This document shows positions 63,811 to 64,000 of a stretch of 64,000 nt of DNA, piece after piece (within the stretch, counting starts at the first letter, position 1; each line of letters opens with the position of its first letter). The stretch lies in assembly GCA_036172245.1 (NCBI GenBank), contig JAYWIR010000046.1:930001-994000 (forward strand), read 5' to 3'. The notes beneath the pieces are model-generated. The model searched no databases and was not told where the DNA came from. It worked only from the letters and a program-made list of their open reading frames with translations. Source of the stretch: Raillietiella orientalis (lineage: Eukaryota). A program made the translations under genes and the position numbers.

Positions 63811-64000
63811 GTTGAGGGGGCAATTGGGAATTTAAATGAATAAATAAAGATGTAAATCCCAGTGGTACCTCGGTATTCGTCAGTAATTCGTTCCGGAACT
63901 CGTGACGAGTACCGAACGAGTTCCTTTCTAGGCTTTGTGGTATCATTTTTAATTATTTTAGAACCCATGATTAACGATTAAAATGCACAGGAAGTTCAAA

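Noticed and set aside
1..64000. CRISPR array, rRNA or prokaryotic operon
   Set aside because: No regularly spaced repeats or rRNA motifs; the genes are intron-containing and eukaryotic.

Overview
Eukaryotic, arthropod-type genomic DNA with many 40-60 nt introns plus a few transposon-expanded ones. About 0.6-43 kb is a compact gene block: SLC35C2 (+), TOP1 (-), DDX28 (+), EIF2S2 (-), a BTB/C2H2 zinc-finger gene (+), and a carboxylesterase-family gene (-). That last gene has its catalytic Ser replaced by Glu and ends in an ER-retention-like RTEL. About 43-64 kb is a more GC-rich transposon field. By manual translation it holds a cluster of heavily decayed DIRS-type tyrosine-recombinase retroelements: one on -, two on + and a partial third on +. 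Each is preceded by a related hairpin-dense leader. One leader carries a perfect Pol III B-box/T-loop, with a compensatory base-pair change between copies. There is also an apparently perfect 489-bp inverted duplication with a micro-repeat junction. Host gene calls are strong. Retroelement domain calls rest on by-eye motif matches across frameshifts and need HMM confirmation.
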